From positions 1-64,000 of the IMG/VR virus record IMGVR_UViG_3300007541_000016: a DNA stretch of 64,000 bases. The stretch is one strand, 5' to 3'. Shown one piece after another: positions 23,101 to 34,900 of this stretch; position 1 is the stretch's first letter; each line of letters starts with the position of its first letter. The notes under the pieces are model-generated. The model did no database searches. It had not been told where the DNA came from and was given only the letters and a program-made list of their open reading frames with translations. This stretch comes from a virus. The position numbers and the translations under genes were made by a program.

Positions 23101-25498
23101 AGAAAGATCAGCGTTTGAAACAGTTTTTAATAAATATGGAATCACTTCAAATTTAACACCAACTATGGCGGAAGATTCCTATAGAAAAGGTCTAAGCAAC
23201 GTATTTACAAATTTGTCTAATAATCCAAACGTTTCAACAAACGCAGCTGCCTTAGCAGAAATGAACGCAATTGCAAGTAAATATAAATTAAGATTAACTA
23301 TGTCAGAAGGAGAGGGGATACTTGGTTCTTACATTAATACCCTAACTGCATTAGGTTCTTCTGTTGAGCAGTTTGATGATGTAGTTAATCAATTAAGAGG
23401 CTCAGGTATGGGCGAAATTGCAGATTCAATAGATAAACATTTAGCAGCATTTATTATTGGATCGGAAAATGCAATTGACTTTACAAAGGCAGCTGGAGGA
23501 ATGACAATAAGAGGTTTAAATGACTCCCAAAAAGCAAACATGATAGTAAAATATATGGCGGAAGCAGCAGCACTTTATGGAGATACTATTGACGAAAAAA
23601 AGTTTGCTGCAACGCTAGCTGATTTAGGAATAACAAACATCAATGAAGCTGGAACATCAAATATAGTTAATTTAGGAAAAAGAATTGGCTTTATGAAAAC
23701 AGCTGGAGAAATGCTTGGCATAGAAGAAATGAGAAGATTTGGTATAGATCCGACGCTAGTACAAAGAAGCCTATCTGGCAAAAGGGCATTAGAAGCTTTA
23801 CATCAAGGAATCATGAGTGGGGCTGACATAGCCCTTAGTCAAATAAAGAATACAACAGCGGATCAAATAGCCAAAGGCGAAGGCATAAGAACTCAATTTG
23901 AAGCGCTAGAAAGAAATTCTAAAGAGCTACAGGCAGCAGTTTCTTTGTCTGCAAATAGCAGGTACGCAGGGTTGTCCATTCAAACAACTTATGGAAGATT
24001 GGTTCAATCTACTTTTGGTGCAATTTCTAGAGAACAGCTATTAATGAGAAAAGCCTCTGACATAGACTCTTTCTTTTATAAAAGACAAAAAGGAATAATG
24101 CCAACAGACATAGTTAATGTGGCTGAAAGAATAGTAGAAGACTTTAAAGCAGATTTTGATAATATACAGGGCTTTGTAAAATCCCAAATGCAAGACATGG
24201 GAAACCTTACAAGCGAAGCTCAAGCAAGAGAGCAATTAGCTAAATTCGATCTTGCCGCAAAGTACGAAAAGCGTATTCAAGAAGGTGTTGAAGAATTAAG
24301 AAGAGTAGGCTACTCAGGAATAGAAGATTTAGATTTAGCAGACGCTATAGCATACGCTGGTAGAATGAAAAAAGTTGGTAGAGCAAGTTTAGAAGATTTT
24401 GTAATGGGATCGGATCCAAGAGCTGAAGCTTTGATTCCCAGACTTTTTGCCGATGCAGATCTCAGAAGAAGATATACAATTTTGGCAACTTCTAATGACT
24501 TTAAATCAAGCAAATCTTACAAGCTTCAACAAGTCATGGATAGAGCATTGGGCAGATTGGGTCCAAGCGCTAGAACAAGAATAGAGGAAGGATTAACTGA
24601 TTCTGTTTCTATAATGAAATTTTTACGTAGAATAGGTGACAATCCTAACTCAATTAGAACTGCAAAAAATGTTCCTGGAGCAACTGTTCAAGAGCTAGTT
24701 AACGGAATTATGAGTATAGATGATTTTAATAGATTAGTTGGAAAAAACATAAAGAACGTTGGAGCAAGTGCTATCGGATCCTTTGCGGATAAAGATTACG
24801 GTGTATTAAATTTAACTGGCGCAGGAAGAACCGCAAAAAGAAAATATCAAACAATTTACGATGATATTAAGAGAATGTCAAATCAAGCTGAGTTAGACGA
24901 GTTTGAAAATGAAGTAAGATATGCAGATGGTATAATTGGCGATTTAAATACTCTATATAACGCAAGGGCCAGGGGATTAGAGGGTAGATACATGACATCG
25001 TCTGGAGATATAGTTCTACCAAAATTGACAAGCAGTAGAGCCGGTATGGCTGGTGCTACTCAGGCAATAGAAGGTCAAAAGTATAAAAGATTATCTTCTT
25101 TAATTGAAGACGGCACAATAAGAAACCTAATGCAAAAACCATACATGCAAGGCACCGCAATGGCAATAGCTGGCTTAGCTGCATTTGGTCTCATATATTC
25201 TGCAGCAAAAGACAGAACGCCAGAAGACATGCAGGGTCCTCCACTGCTGCCTGGAGGAAGTGCATACGAAACTGGGTATCCTGGAAATACTTTAAACCTT
25301 CCAATACCTCAAGATTTATTAGCTTCTAATCAAAATGGCGTTACATATAAGGTAAATGTTTCTGGCAATTCTGAAAACGCTAGAAGATTTAGTGAAGCAG
25401 CAAGATCAATGTCTTCAGGTTCTTCTTCTATAAATTACTATAATAATATTCCAAATTTGTCAAAAGATCCATATAAACAAATTGGAGAATCTTTTTAA
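20156..25498 (+). CDS. large virion protein, 1780 aa (second tape-measure-like or ejected protein)
   Basis: Long helical ORF coupled to the upstream gene (TAATG); C-terminal hydrophobic segment; GGFDFDD motif. Confidence 0.5.
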   Translation: MVARRPINPGNISLSIDSILSRYGDQDIGKAILKNLVEQGPLGVGNVLRLEERDIPTVDASGATTGTRRALQVIFNQTGQAFDSLEEAMNIANSRGIVSYSRLSKNPENMIGRQLPFGGVHSDMRRINMIIKRAKLNPSGKEAKDLKRLGLGQLIDDAEITTRNSQRVLSEFLEIRPSTVKVPLGGKIQDYLTNFTNQSGSLMGTLLEGDDGFTFYQYSFPNKGFLDQDQILKLRAYAGLPEIDTQTLIDSLAKGVSDKGIESKVMKIGKRQKGTYSPRQLSVTEKGLSTFLRAGFTDIDDFAKSVLVVDTRAELLLAGLSSKTTNAKVSGRLAAAYNNLDYNFYGNIGIAERDALETFGQVTKDLNQSDYNELASILDKVKGRANITKEFEKAVKSSSNLSDDVKSRVEILLSKMEVQVDGALRGSREYFDKYAANLQQTYDRLNTKRTNLTATESELRRLDDIEKTLRSFAKMGKDGKWVTDESLYGMTARINFNEANQTPQAKGRLGFVDNIVTKSGKAYAFITPDVNIKRETSLAQGIFLDVLGRDKGIEKIIAPDIQSLIQYSSSFLDIDELTGTAAVPKVTQVYIQQQLQEMQEILSSKIVPLDVIDSIVQKMETSTEAAFNQTYRASKRGSQLTHQMAVKEMRDALFSGRWENNPQVLNAIFNEYISRTYNVKAVQSSGRTKTFVIPKTPDLFRFDIESEASSLMGTDATRLLNFAGRDIDKIQLDGATANIELPVTRIKDHRMLFSAMNSVKYQAAHGGFDFDDKGMPSLRSYVDTGSGERRLALFAFRQPPSIAEYTVNSFIKDQDTLMALFGHNQKFMDSFRTLAEEDAEAAELLRYMEMTPTDKKSGREFAKLHAKYAGVQVSPQDIKAGNYFGSIASGAADEAVFRGGQVQADRVLISAYERTYGTAPTELAGFVKRALIRTKSGSPMVLDEEAFRKLNTADKLEAAPHYIQGKVFRLFADSKEVPFSAEERSAFETVFNKYGITSNLTPTMAEDSYRKGLSNVFTNLSNNPNVSTNAAALAEMNAIASKYKLRLTMSEGEGILGSYINTLTALGSSVEQFDDVVNQLRGSGMGEIADSIDKHLAAFIIGSENAIDFTKAAGGMTIRGLNDSQKANMIVKYMAEAAALYGDTIDEKKFAATLADLGITNINEAGTSNIVNLGKRIGFMKTAGEMLGIEEMRRFGIDPTLVQRSLSGKRALEALHQGIMSGADIALSQIKNTTADQIAKGEGIRTQFEALERNSKELQAAVSLSANSRYAGLSIQTTYGRLVQSTFGAISREQLLMRKASDIDSFFYKRQKGIMPTDIVNVAERIVEDFKADFDNIQGFVKSQMQDMGNLTSEAQAREQLAKFDLAAKYEKRIQEGVEELRRVGYSGIEDLDLADAIAYAGRMKKVGRASLEDFVMGSDPRAEALIPRLFADADLRRRYTILATSNDFKSSKSYKLQQVMDRALGRLGPSARTRIEEGLTDSVSIMKFLRRIGDNPNSIRTAKNVPGATVQELVNGIMSIDDFNRLVGKNIKNVGASAIGSFADKDYGVLNLTGAGRTAKRKYQTIYDDIKRMSNQAELDEFENEVRYADGIIGDLNTLYNARARGLEGRYMTSSGDIVLPKLTSSRAGMAGATQAIEGQKYKRLSSLIEDGTIRNLMQKPYMQGTAMAIAGLAAFGLIYSAAKDRTPEDMQGPPLLPGGSAYETGYPGNTLNLPIPQDLLASNQNGVTYKVNVSGNSENARRFSEAARSMSSGSSSINYYNNIPNLSKDPYKQIGESF

Positions 25499-25507
25499 GG
25501 ACCTTAA

Positions 25508-25975
25508 ATGCGCGATATAATTTCTCAAAATAGAGAGCTTTCCAACGCCGGAAAGACGCCCAAGGATACTAGCCCAAGAGTAGAAAAGGCAAACCAAGAT
25601 TCTGGTTCGGTATCATCTTCAAAAAATCCGAATAGTAATATTAATGAAAACAAAAGAAAGATATCAAACTCTGCCCGTAATGCAGTAATAACTTCCGGCA
25701 GACCCTCTTTTGAGGGGTATATGAATTCTTCATCTGCTCATATATCGGTAAATGGATCTGGTTATTCAAATAGATCAGTACAAAAAGCTAGATATAAAGA
25801 AAATAATACTCAAAAATTTATTGAAAATAAAAGTAATTTACTCTCAGCATTAAAAACCAATAGTTCTTCTGGTATAATAAATAGGCATTCTGAGTTTAAT
25901 TCGAGTGGAGTATTTTCAGAAGGTTCTTCAAGTCAAAGAATTTCAAACATACTAAATAATAATAGTTTAATTTAA
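25508..25975 (+). CDS. hypothetical Ser/Asn/Lys-rich protein
   Basis: 155-aa ORF filling the gap between two large genes. Confidence 0.6.
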   Translation: MRDIISQNRELSNAGKTPKDTSPRVEKANQDSGSVSSSKNPNSNINENKRKISNSARNAVITSGRPSFEGYMNSSSAHISVNGSGYSNRSVQKARYKENNTQKFIENKSNLLSALKTNSSSGIINRHSEFNSSGVFSEGSSSQRISNILNNNSLI

Positions 25976-25983
25976 AGGTATAT

Positions 25984-28900
25984 ATGGCTAATAATGAAAG
26001 AGTAACAGAAACAGAAGCTACAAGTTACCTTCAGAATTTCTTTGCGAGCTTACAATTTAAGACAAAAATTGATGTTGATGGCGAAGAAAAAATTATAGAC
26101 GGTTACGAAATTACATTAGGTAAAACTCTATACGATTATCTTTCATTGAATCATACCATCCCATCAAACATTGTTGGTTTGAAGATGGCGGATTTTTACA
26201 GTAGACCGCTCCTAGACGCAAGAAAATCATTAATTAGCACGGATGCAACAAGGGATATATTTTTTACAAATACAAATCCAACTACTGAAGAAGGAAGAAA
26301 CATTGCCAACACAGGCCTTTATTATAACAGTAAAACAAAAAGGTTTACATACTATCAAAGTAGCGGAGATAAGCAACATAGATTAAATACCGAAAATATA
26401 ATAGATCCAATAGACTTTTTTGAAATAATATCGCCACACGATCTTGATTTTACCAAGAGTCAGGATATAGAAAAGTTTAATTATTTACATAGTAGAGTTA
26501 CACAAAATGGTTTAATGAGAATTTTATTTTTTAAACCACAAATACAAAAATTTGCCCAAAAAAGATATGTCAATAAAGACGCACTTCAAAAGTCTGCACT
26601 AAACGCATTAGATCCATCTGGTTCAGACCTAGAGTGGATCAATATGCTCTTAGAAGCATATAACATCTTAATTAAAGATCCAATTTTAACATATCAGATA
26701 TATCAGTTTATGCCAAACCTGGCAAAGTTTTTGTTTGATGCAATAGCAGCTACAGCAGACTACTCAAATGATGGAATGGGCGGAGATACTAGTGACCCAT
26801 TAAATGATCCAGTTCAAATAGCCCTAAGAATGTTTAGATCTTTTGGTCTAGATAAAGATGGAGAGCCGGTATTCCAACCAGCTTGGACATTAATTAACAC
26901 TGGAATAAGAATACAGAAAGCTTTAGAGCAGTTTCCGTTTAGAGCAAATATACCACCTAGAACTCCAGATATATTTCACCTGAGGATAGGTGCTTCAAAC
27001 TTTTATGTGCCACCAGTATCTATTAATGTTGATACCAACTTTAGAACTGGAAGCCTTACTGGTGGAGCAATCAGGCAAAAAAATACTCCAAAATTCAATA
27101 CAGGATACAAAGATACTACAATTTCATTGAGATTGTATTTTCCAAACTATGAAGAAATATGGGGAATATCAATAGTTGATGGTACAAAAATAGATCTTAC
27201 ACAAGGAGATCAGTTTAAGGTAGATTTTAGTACTGATTCAGAAGATAGGATAGACAAATTCCTTTCTTCATTAAGAGGACTTGTGGCTATGTTTAAGTCT
27301 TCTCCAATTATTCCGATTAAAAACGACTACCTAAATAGGGTTCATGGAATCACTGGCGTAAGCTTAGCGAATATGTCCATGTCTACTATACCAAGTTTCC
27401 CATTCTGTCTTGTTGTAGATTTAGAAATGAAAGCATTTAACCATAAGCCATTTCTGCCGATGATAAAAGACTTTAATCAGGCAGTTCATTGGGGTAAATA
27501 CAGACACTACATGGGAAGAGCAGCTTCTGTTCTAGACAAATATATCAATAATAAATTCTTGGTTAATTCAGTCGTTGACATGGAGCCGGAAGGGTATAAA
27601 GATGTAACACTGCCAAACACAAGCAATCAAGAATCCAGCAACCCAGTAGCGTCAACTACTGATAATGTTGAATCTGAAAAAACTACAGCTGATACATCTA
27701 TAGATGAAAGTACGTTTTCAACTGTTTCTGTAGATCCATACAACGATTGGAAAAATGGAAACAATATTGAAATCTACATGCCAGAAAGAGTGCAGAGTAA
27801 AATATTCAGTCCAGATACATCAACGTTTAGAAGTGCGCAAGAAAAAATTTTAACAGACACCAGTAGGGGAATGTGGAACTCGTTACTGTACGTAATGGGA
27901 ATAGACGTCAATGAATCAGCTGGCTATGGAAGAACTTTAGACAGTGTTGTCAATACAACTCTTGACAAAGTATTTAATCCGAGTTTAAAAAGAAAGGTTA
28001 CTACAGCGCTTGATTTACTTTTGGCTGGTAGGGGTTCAGAAGGAATAAATGAAAAAGTTTACGATTACTTAGCTAACGTATATATATTAAATAATCCAAC
28101 AATATTTAATATTCCCGGAGGAATTGAGTACATTCTAAGAAGATCAACAGAAGCACCTTCTAATGACTATAATGACTTTAAGCTCCCCAGCATGCCAAGG
28201 GACACCACCACTGGAGAAAATAAACAAGGTGTTACATTAGTAGAGGTTAGAGCATACTTAGAAAATCAATCAAATGGTGAGTCTGGTTTATTAAATCTTT
28301 TAATAGAAGAAATTGTTCAAGAAAAGTTAAATGACAAATCATTGAAATTATCTGAAGAGGAAGCAAGAATTCAGGCAAAAGAAGACTTGGTTGATTCATT
28401 TAATAAAACTCTTTATGAAAGATTCTTTATAGCAGGACCCATAAAAGACTACATCGACGCTGCCCAGGCAAAAGAGGGTTCTATTTCATTTAATGAATGG
28501 GAAGTTCCCATGATAAAAGTTGATTTAAATCCAAAAAATGTCATAGTTGATGGAATAAGTTTAACCATGGGCAATAACTTGGTTCCACTTCAAGTGCAGA
28601 TGCAAGACGAGCCAACTTATCAACACATTGGCGGAAAAGATACATACGTAAGTATGTCTTTGACTATTTTTGGCGAAGAAGAATTAATAAAAATTAGAAA
28701 TATATTTGAGCACATAAGTGGCCTTGCAAGACTAGAGCACGCAGCCGGGGTTATAGGTTTTCTTGGAATAAAGAATATTATATCCGCACTAGCTGGAGTA
28801 AAGTACGTATTGCCATTGAGATATAATGTTGATACAATACCTAATTTTCCTCATGTATATAAAGTTCAACTAACACTAGTTGACTTTGATATATTCCAGC

Positions 28901-31900
28901 AAAAGAGAGAAAAACTTTCCAGCATTCAACAGCAGAAATTTATTGAAGAGTTTGCTACGAAGAAGAATCCATTTTTAAGATTAAAACAATTATGGGGTAT
29001 GTTTAATGGTTATCCAGATCTTCCATTAGAAGTTTACGATAAAGATGGAAACGTAGTTGGATGTCTTGATCCAGACTACTATTTTAGAAGTTTTGAAATG
29101 TTGGACAGAGATGTCGTTAATAATCAATCAATCCAAGAAGCAGCCAGATTAACCGCTTCATTTAGCTCAGAAAAAAACGACACTCGCAGTGAAGCGGAAA
29201 GATTAAAACAAGACGAAAATTATGTAAATGAAATAGTAAAATATTTACAGTCAGATCAAATAGAAGAGTTGACAGTTTGGGCCGAATCAAATCAGCTTAG
29301 TCCCAGTCAATTATATTCTTTAATACAAAAAACAATCAAAAAGTATAGCAGTCTTAGCGAATCTCTATTATTAGATTATGTTAGCTCTTTAACTTTTGAG
29401 GATAAAATATATATATTTACAGATACTAATTTCTCGGTTCCAATGGGACAATTCCAGGTTGGGGAAATAACTTCTGGAACAAGAGAAAAGTTAGAAAAAA
29501 CTCTTCAAGAGGTTTTAAATCAAACTAAAGAAGACGACAAATATATCAGTATCAATCCAGATAATTTAACAGAAGGTATAGACAATCTAGACAACGAAGA
29601 ACTATTAGAGTATTTCCATGGCATGGTATACGCAATACCGGCGTTAGAAGAAGGATATTCAGATAAAGTTCCAGCTATGATGCAGACTGCAGCGGGATAT
29701 AATTTTGGATACCTAGATAGACAAGATGGCAGGTTCTATCTTCAGAATAATGATTTTAATGTTAAAAAATCAAAAGATGATAAAAACAATCAAAAAAATA
29801 ATGTTCACTTTACAAAAGTAGCAGATACACAAACGCCAGACAATCAAGCAACCAACGCACACATGGCAGAAGTGGGAACTAAAGCATTAGCCGAGTATCA
29901 ATATGCCTATTCCTCTGGTGGAAGAGAAGCAGAATCAATAGGTCCAAATAAGGGTGATCAATTTTCCGTAACAAAGCATTGGGAAAAAATGTTATCGGAT
30001 ACATCTTATAGAGATATATCGGGAAGAATGATTCGAGCATATCCAACCTACATGTTATGGCTAATAGATGAAGGTGGAATGTTTTTCGGCACAAAAGTCT
30101 TTGACAATTTTTATGGCCTACAATCTATAATAGATTTTTCTATAGTTCAGTCAGAAGATATATTAGGCGATACTCTTATATTTAGAGTCTCTAATATGTA
30201 TTCTAAATTAAATAGACCAGAAACAAGTAGAATATTTGAGCCAGGTGCTACGTCTGATCCTTCAACATTTAATATGACTGAAGGAATTGGTAGAATAATA
30301 GACACACTGCTCAATAGATCAAGAAATTTTAAAGCTCATTTTGACAATAAATATGTTGTAGACATAGAAAACATAAGACTAAAGCCTGGAGTTAGAGTTC
30401 ACTTAAGAGGTGGTTATGGGTCAAATCCAAATTCACTTCAAACACTATTTAACGGAATGATTACCAATGTTGAAATGGGAGAAATAGTTACCGTAACCTG
30501 CCAATCAGACGCCATAGAACTTAGTCCAATAATAAATTCTGCAAACAAAAAAGGCGATAGCGGAAAGATAGATGGTGGAATAAATACTGGAATGTTTTTG
30601 TCGGAACCTAGAGACTTAATGGTTAAGCTTCTTTCTATGGGAACTTCAAGGTTTAGAGAAGCTTTTGCCCATGCAACTAGGGGTACTGTTTTCTCTGAAA
30701 ATAAATTTGGAATCAGGCACTTTGGTTCCATATTGTACGAGCCACTTAACGAAGTAGAGGCTCAAAAAAACAAAGCAGTAAGAGACTCGTTTAAAAACGC
30801 AATAGATGCAGTTAGTGACGATTCATTTGGTGTCTCTAGTTTAATAAAAGGCGCATGGAATAACACTCTTGGAAGTTATAATGGAGTGGATCTTGCAATC
30901 ACTGGCGCTGCAGCTGCAGCTGGAGCTGCTACTGGTGGATTAGGCGCAGGAATGCTGGCTGGTGCTGCTGGCGGATTTTTAAGAAATCCTATGGTTGGAC
31001 ACATGAGAACACTTATGGCTAATCTTTCTACCCAAAGAGATTATGAAATCTTTAAGAGAAATATATATCCAGGTAATGGACTTGGTGTTTCTCAATTCCT
31101 CGGTGGAGACCTTGATTCTGGATGGTCTACAGCTGCAACTGCAAGTCTTGATGAGTACGATAAATTAGGCGAAGAAAGAAAGTCTTACTTGAGAAGACTA
31201 GGAGACGCTTCGTGGGATTTTGCAATACAAAGAAATAATCCTTTAGTTTCAGCTATAGCACAAACAAATAATAATAATATTTACAATAGCAGTAATGCCG
31301 TAGGGTCTGCTCAGGCCCTATCTGTAGCTGCAGCAGCTGCCGGAGTCGGATTAATTGCAGTGGGAATGCCCGTAGTTGGAAGCGCAATGTTGGGATCTGG
31401 ATTACTAGGCGCAGTAAATGGAAGATCAACTGCAGCAATATTTGAAACAATGGGATTACTGTCTTCGTTGGACGACGATCTTCCTGGCTTTGATGAAGTC
31501 TCCTTTAGAGCACAAACCTACATGAGATCAGTATGGGACATGTTTCAGATGTGCGCTAGACTTCTTCCAAACTATATAGTTGCAATTAGACCGTTTGAAG
31601 ATAGATCTACAGTATTTTTTGGTAAACCACATTGGCTCTATACTTCGGGCGTTGTTCCTGTTTCGACCGGTTTCCTAAGTGAGGAGTCGGCAATAAGAGC
31701 TGGCAAAAAATATAACGGACCAAAGGTTCTTGACAAAGATTCAGAGCTAGTAGAACTATTGGACATAATTAACAAAGGTTCTAGCCCGATGGCGGATGCA
31801 ACTGCGTTTACTCAAAACTTTGAACCACTCAACGCTGCAAAACAACAGCAAGAGTTTATGTACTCTGGACAGTATGAATACGCCCCACTTGAGTATATAA

Positions 31901-34900
31901 AGAATCCAAAAACAGGAAACTATGAAAATAAATTAATTAACTTTCAAGATCCAAGAAGAATGTTTTATTATGATGAGTCACAAAAAAGAATAGCAGCTAG
32001 ATTACCTTTAAACAAAGGTACAGTGTCTGTTGGTTTCCACCTTCCATTTGGAAAGCCTGGCTTAACAGAAATTGATATAACAGAAATGTCAAGTGGCCAT
32101 AGGCAAATACCGCAACTTCCATTTAGATATCAATTTCCATATTTTACAGATAGAAAAACTGGCTCGTTTGATGGAATCCATAGTAAATATATTTTTAATT
32201 CTAATATGGAATCACTTATCTCTTGGGATGTCGATGAATTTGTCCATATCAAAGAGGGTAAGGAAGTTGATTATTCGGGCGAAAAGACAAAAACCAACTG
32301 GACTGGTGGACAAAACTATTTCAATCTATTAGCCGCAGAGTTTAAAGTTCTATCGCAAAATTCTTCTGGATTAATAACTCCGTCAAGTGATGAGTTTTCC
32401 AATGGAAAAGAACAAACTTCATTTACTCAAAATTTATCAGCTTTTCATTTTACTTCTAGTCTACTAACACAAAATAGCGAACTTGCATCATACGGAAACA
32501 TACTTCTTAATACAGCTTTTATGGACGCAAATAGTACAGACGCAAATTTCAAATTTGTTGTAATGCCGTTCCCTTCGTGGGATAACATGAAAGGGGCTAC
32601 GCAAACTGAATTTGAAAGTGTAGATGCTGCTGATCCTAGCGAGTTTTATGGAGGAAAAATAACACCAACAAATGATGATTCAAACAATAAAACTTTTGAA
32701 ATAGCTAGCAATTTTGAATTTAAACAAAGCCTAAGAAATAATCTTGTATCTAGAGAAAAAAAGATATACTCAGAATGGGGTATGCCAGAAACAGCAGAAG
32801 ATGAGCAGTTCTACGTTGCAATGAAGTGGCCATATAAGCCAGAGTGGTTTGATGACATAAACCTAAAAATGGGTTATGCAAATCAATATGGCAATACCGA
32901 AACAGGCCTATTGCCCCCTGGTGCTAATAAAGATGACGTCAATACTTGGGGCCTTTATGGATCTGCGCAAGACTATAAAAATAGAAAAGTTTTAATATAT
33001 AGCCCAACAACAAATACGGCTGTATGCTGCAGGCCAGCATACTTCCTATGGGGTAATCAAAAAGATCAAATATTTAATGATAAAAATATAAATAGCGTAG
33101 ACGTAAATGCCCTCGATATAAATAACGGCAATCCGTACATAGACGCAGTTGTATCTCCCGATGCTGCGTATCATTTGGGCATACTAAACACATATGGGGT
33201 TGTGGATTACGAAAGTAGCGATTATGCAAACTACGGTTTTGAAATGGGCCAGCTAACAAATAATCAAATAAGAAATACCGTTCTTAAAGCTATGGCAAAA
33301 TTAGTTTATGGTGACGCTGACTACGATTTTTATTCAGATGATAAAACATCGGAATTAAACAAGTTTTTAGGCACTTCCGTAGTTCCGTACGCAAGGTCCT
33401 GTTACTTTACGTTTGTTGAAGATGATTTTCCTCTTGGTGTTATACCTGCAACTCACATAAAATCAAAACTATACAATTACGAACAAACAAATGATAATCA
33501 AACAAAATGGAACGCAGAAGAAAATTATATTATTGGATTTGGAAGTCCAAAAGATGGCGAATTATCAGCTCTGTATAACGGCGGAAACGATGCAGGACTA
33601 TTTACAGATTTTCAAAAACCAAATTCTAATGAAACATACAGATCATTTGGCTATTTAGCAGATGTACTAAAAGATCCAAGTATTATAAAATCAAATGACG
33701 CAATTGTTAAAAATATATTTGCTCCCAAAGAAAGCATATACTTTGCAAACGCACAAGAAGCAGCAGCCGATGCAATAATTGGCGGAAACTGGATTGGTTG
33801 GTACGAATCTGTATTAAATGGCGAACTTAATAAAATTAGTAAAGATGAACTGTACAAGGTTTTAGATGGGGAAGTTGACACTTTTAAAGATAACGACTCA
33901 AAAAACAGTGGAAGAGTAACATTTAAAGATGTATTTGATCAATCAGATTTGACTATTGCCATAGAAGCTAGACGTAATTATGACGAAGATTATGATCCAA
34001 ATGTAAAAGTCATAGCTGGAAATGGAAGAACATTAGCAGAAGCTAGAGAAATTTGGGATTTCTTCAGAGTCAATTTCCACGACGAAAGAATGGTAAAAGC
34101 TCTATTTTACGAAGCCTATGCACTAGATCCAGATGATGAAGAGCCTCTTCCAGATTTTATTATTGATTTGATTATGAATAATGAAAAGAGCTTGGAAGAA
34201 ACAAATATATTCCAAAGATACACAGAAAAACAAATTGCAGTTCCAAAAAGAGGAACTGTAACTCAAACTGGAGTAGACGCTTCTGAAAATTTTGAAATTC
34301 TTTTAGGAGAAGAATTTATAGATGGCACAAGAACTTATCGAGTTCCTAAAAGCGGTACCCAAGAAGTAAACAATGAAAATGCAGCAAAGCTGACAAAAGA
34401 GGCCATTCAGTTCAGCGCAGAAAAATTCTTAGATTACGAAGCTTCATATGATCCAGAAACCGGCGCTATTAGGAAGGGTGAAGTTCCTGGTTTATTTCAA
34501 GATCTCGATTATGCAATAGTAAGCAAGTATGCAAATCTTTCTGGTTTGATTAGATTCTTGATAGAAACACCAGTTAAAACGGACGAAGACATCAATGAAG
34601 TTACAAACCCAATAACTAAAAATCTTATTTCCTTAAGAGCTCAGCTTGGTATTAAGAACCAAATGACAGACAAAGAACGAAAAGAAATCTTATCAAAAAT
34701 TAATACCCCAAGAAAACTATACCTTTTTATAGTTGGTTGGTTTAGACAGGTTTTGTGGTCAGATTCATACAATAGAGCTTGGCTAGTTTTAGTTCCAAAT
34801 AGAAGACTTCAACATTATTCTAGCAATCCTTTACTTTTTGGAAGCATTGGAAATGGTGGCTTAAAGAGGTCCGATGGCAAATGGGACTTCTCTCCAGTAT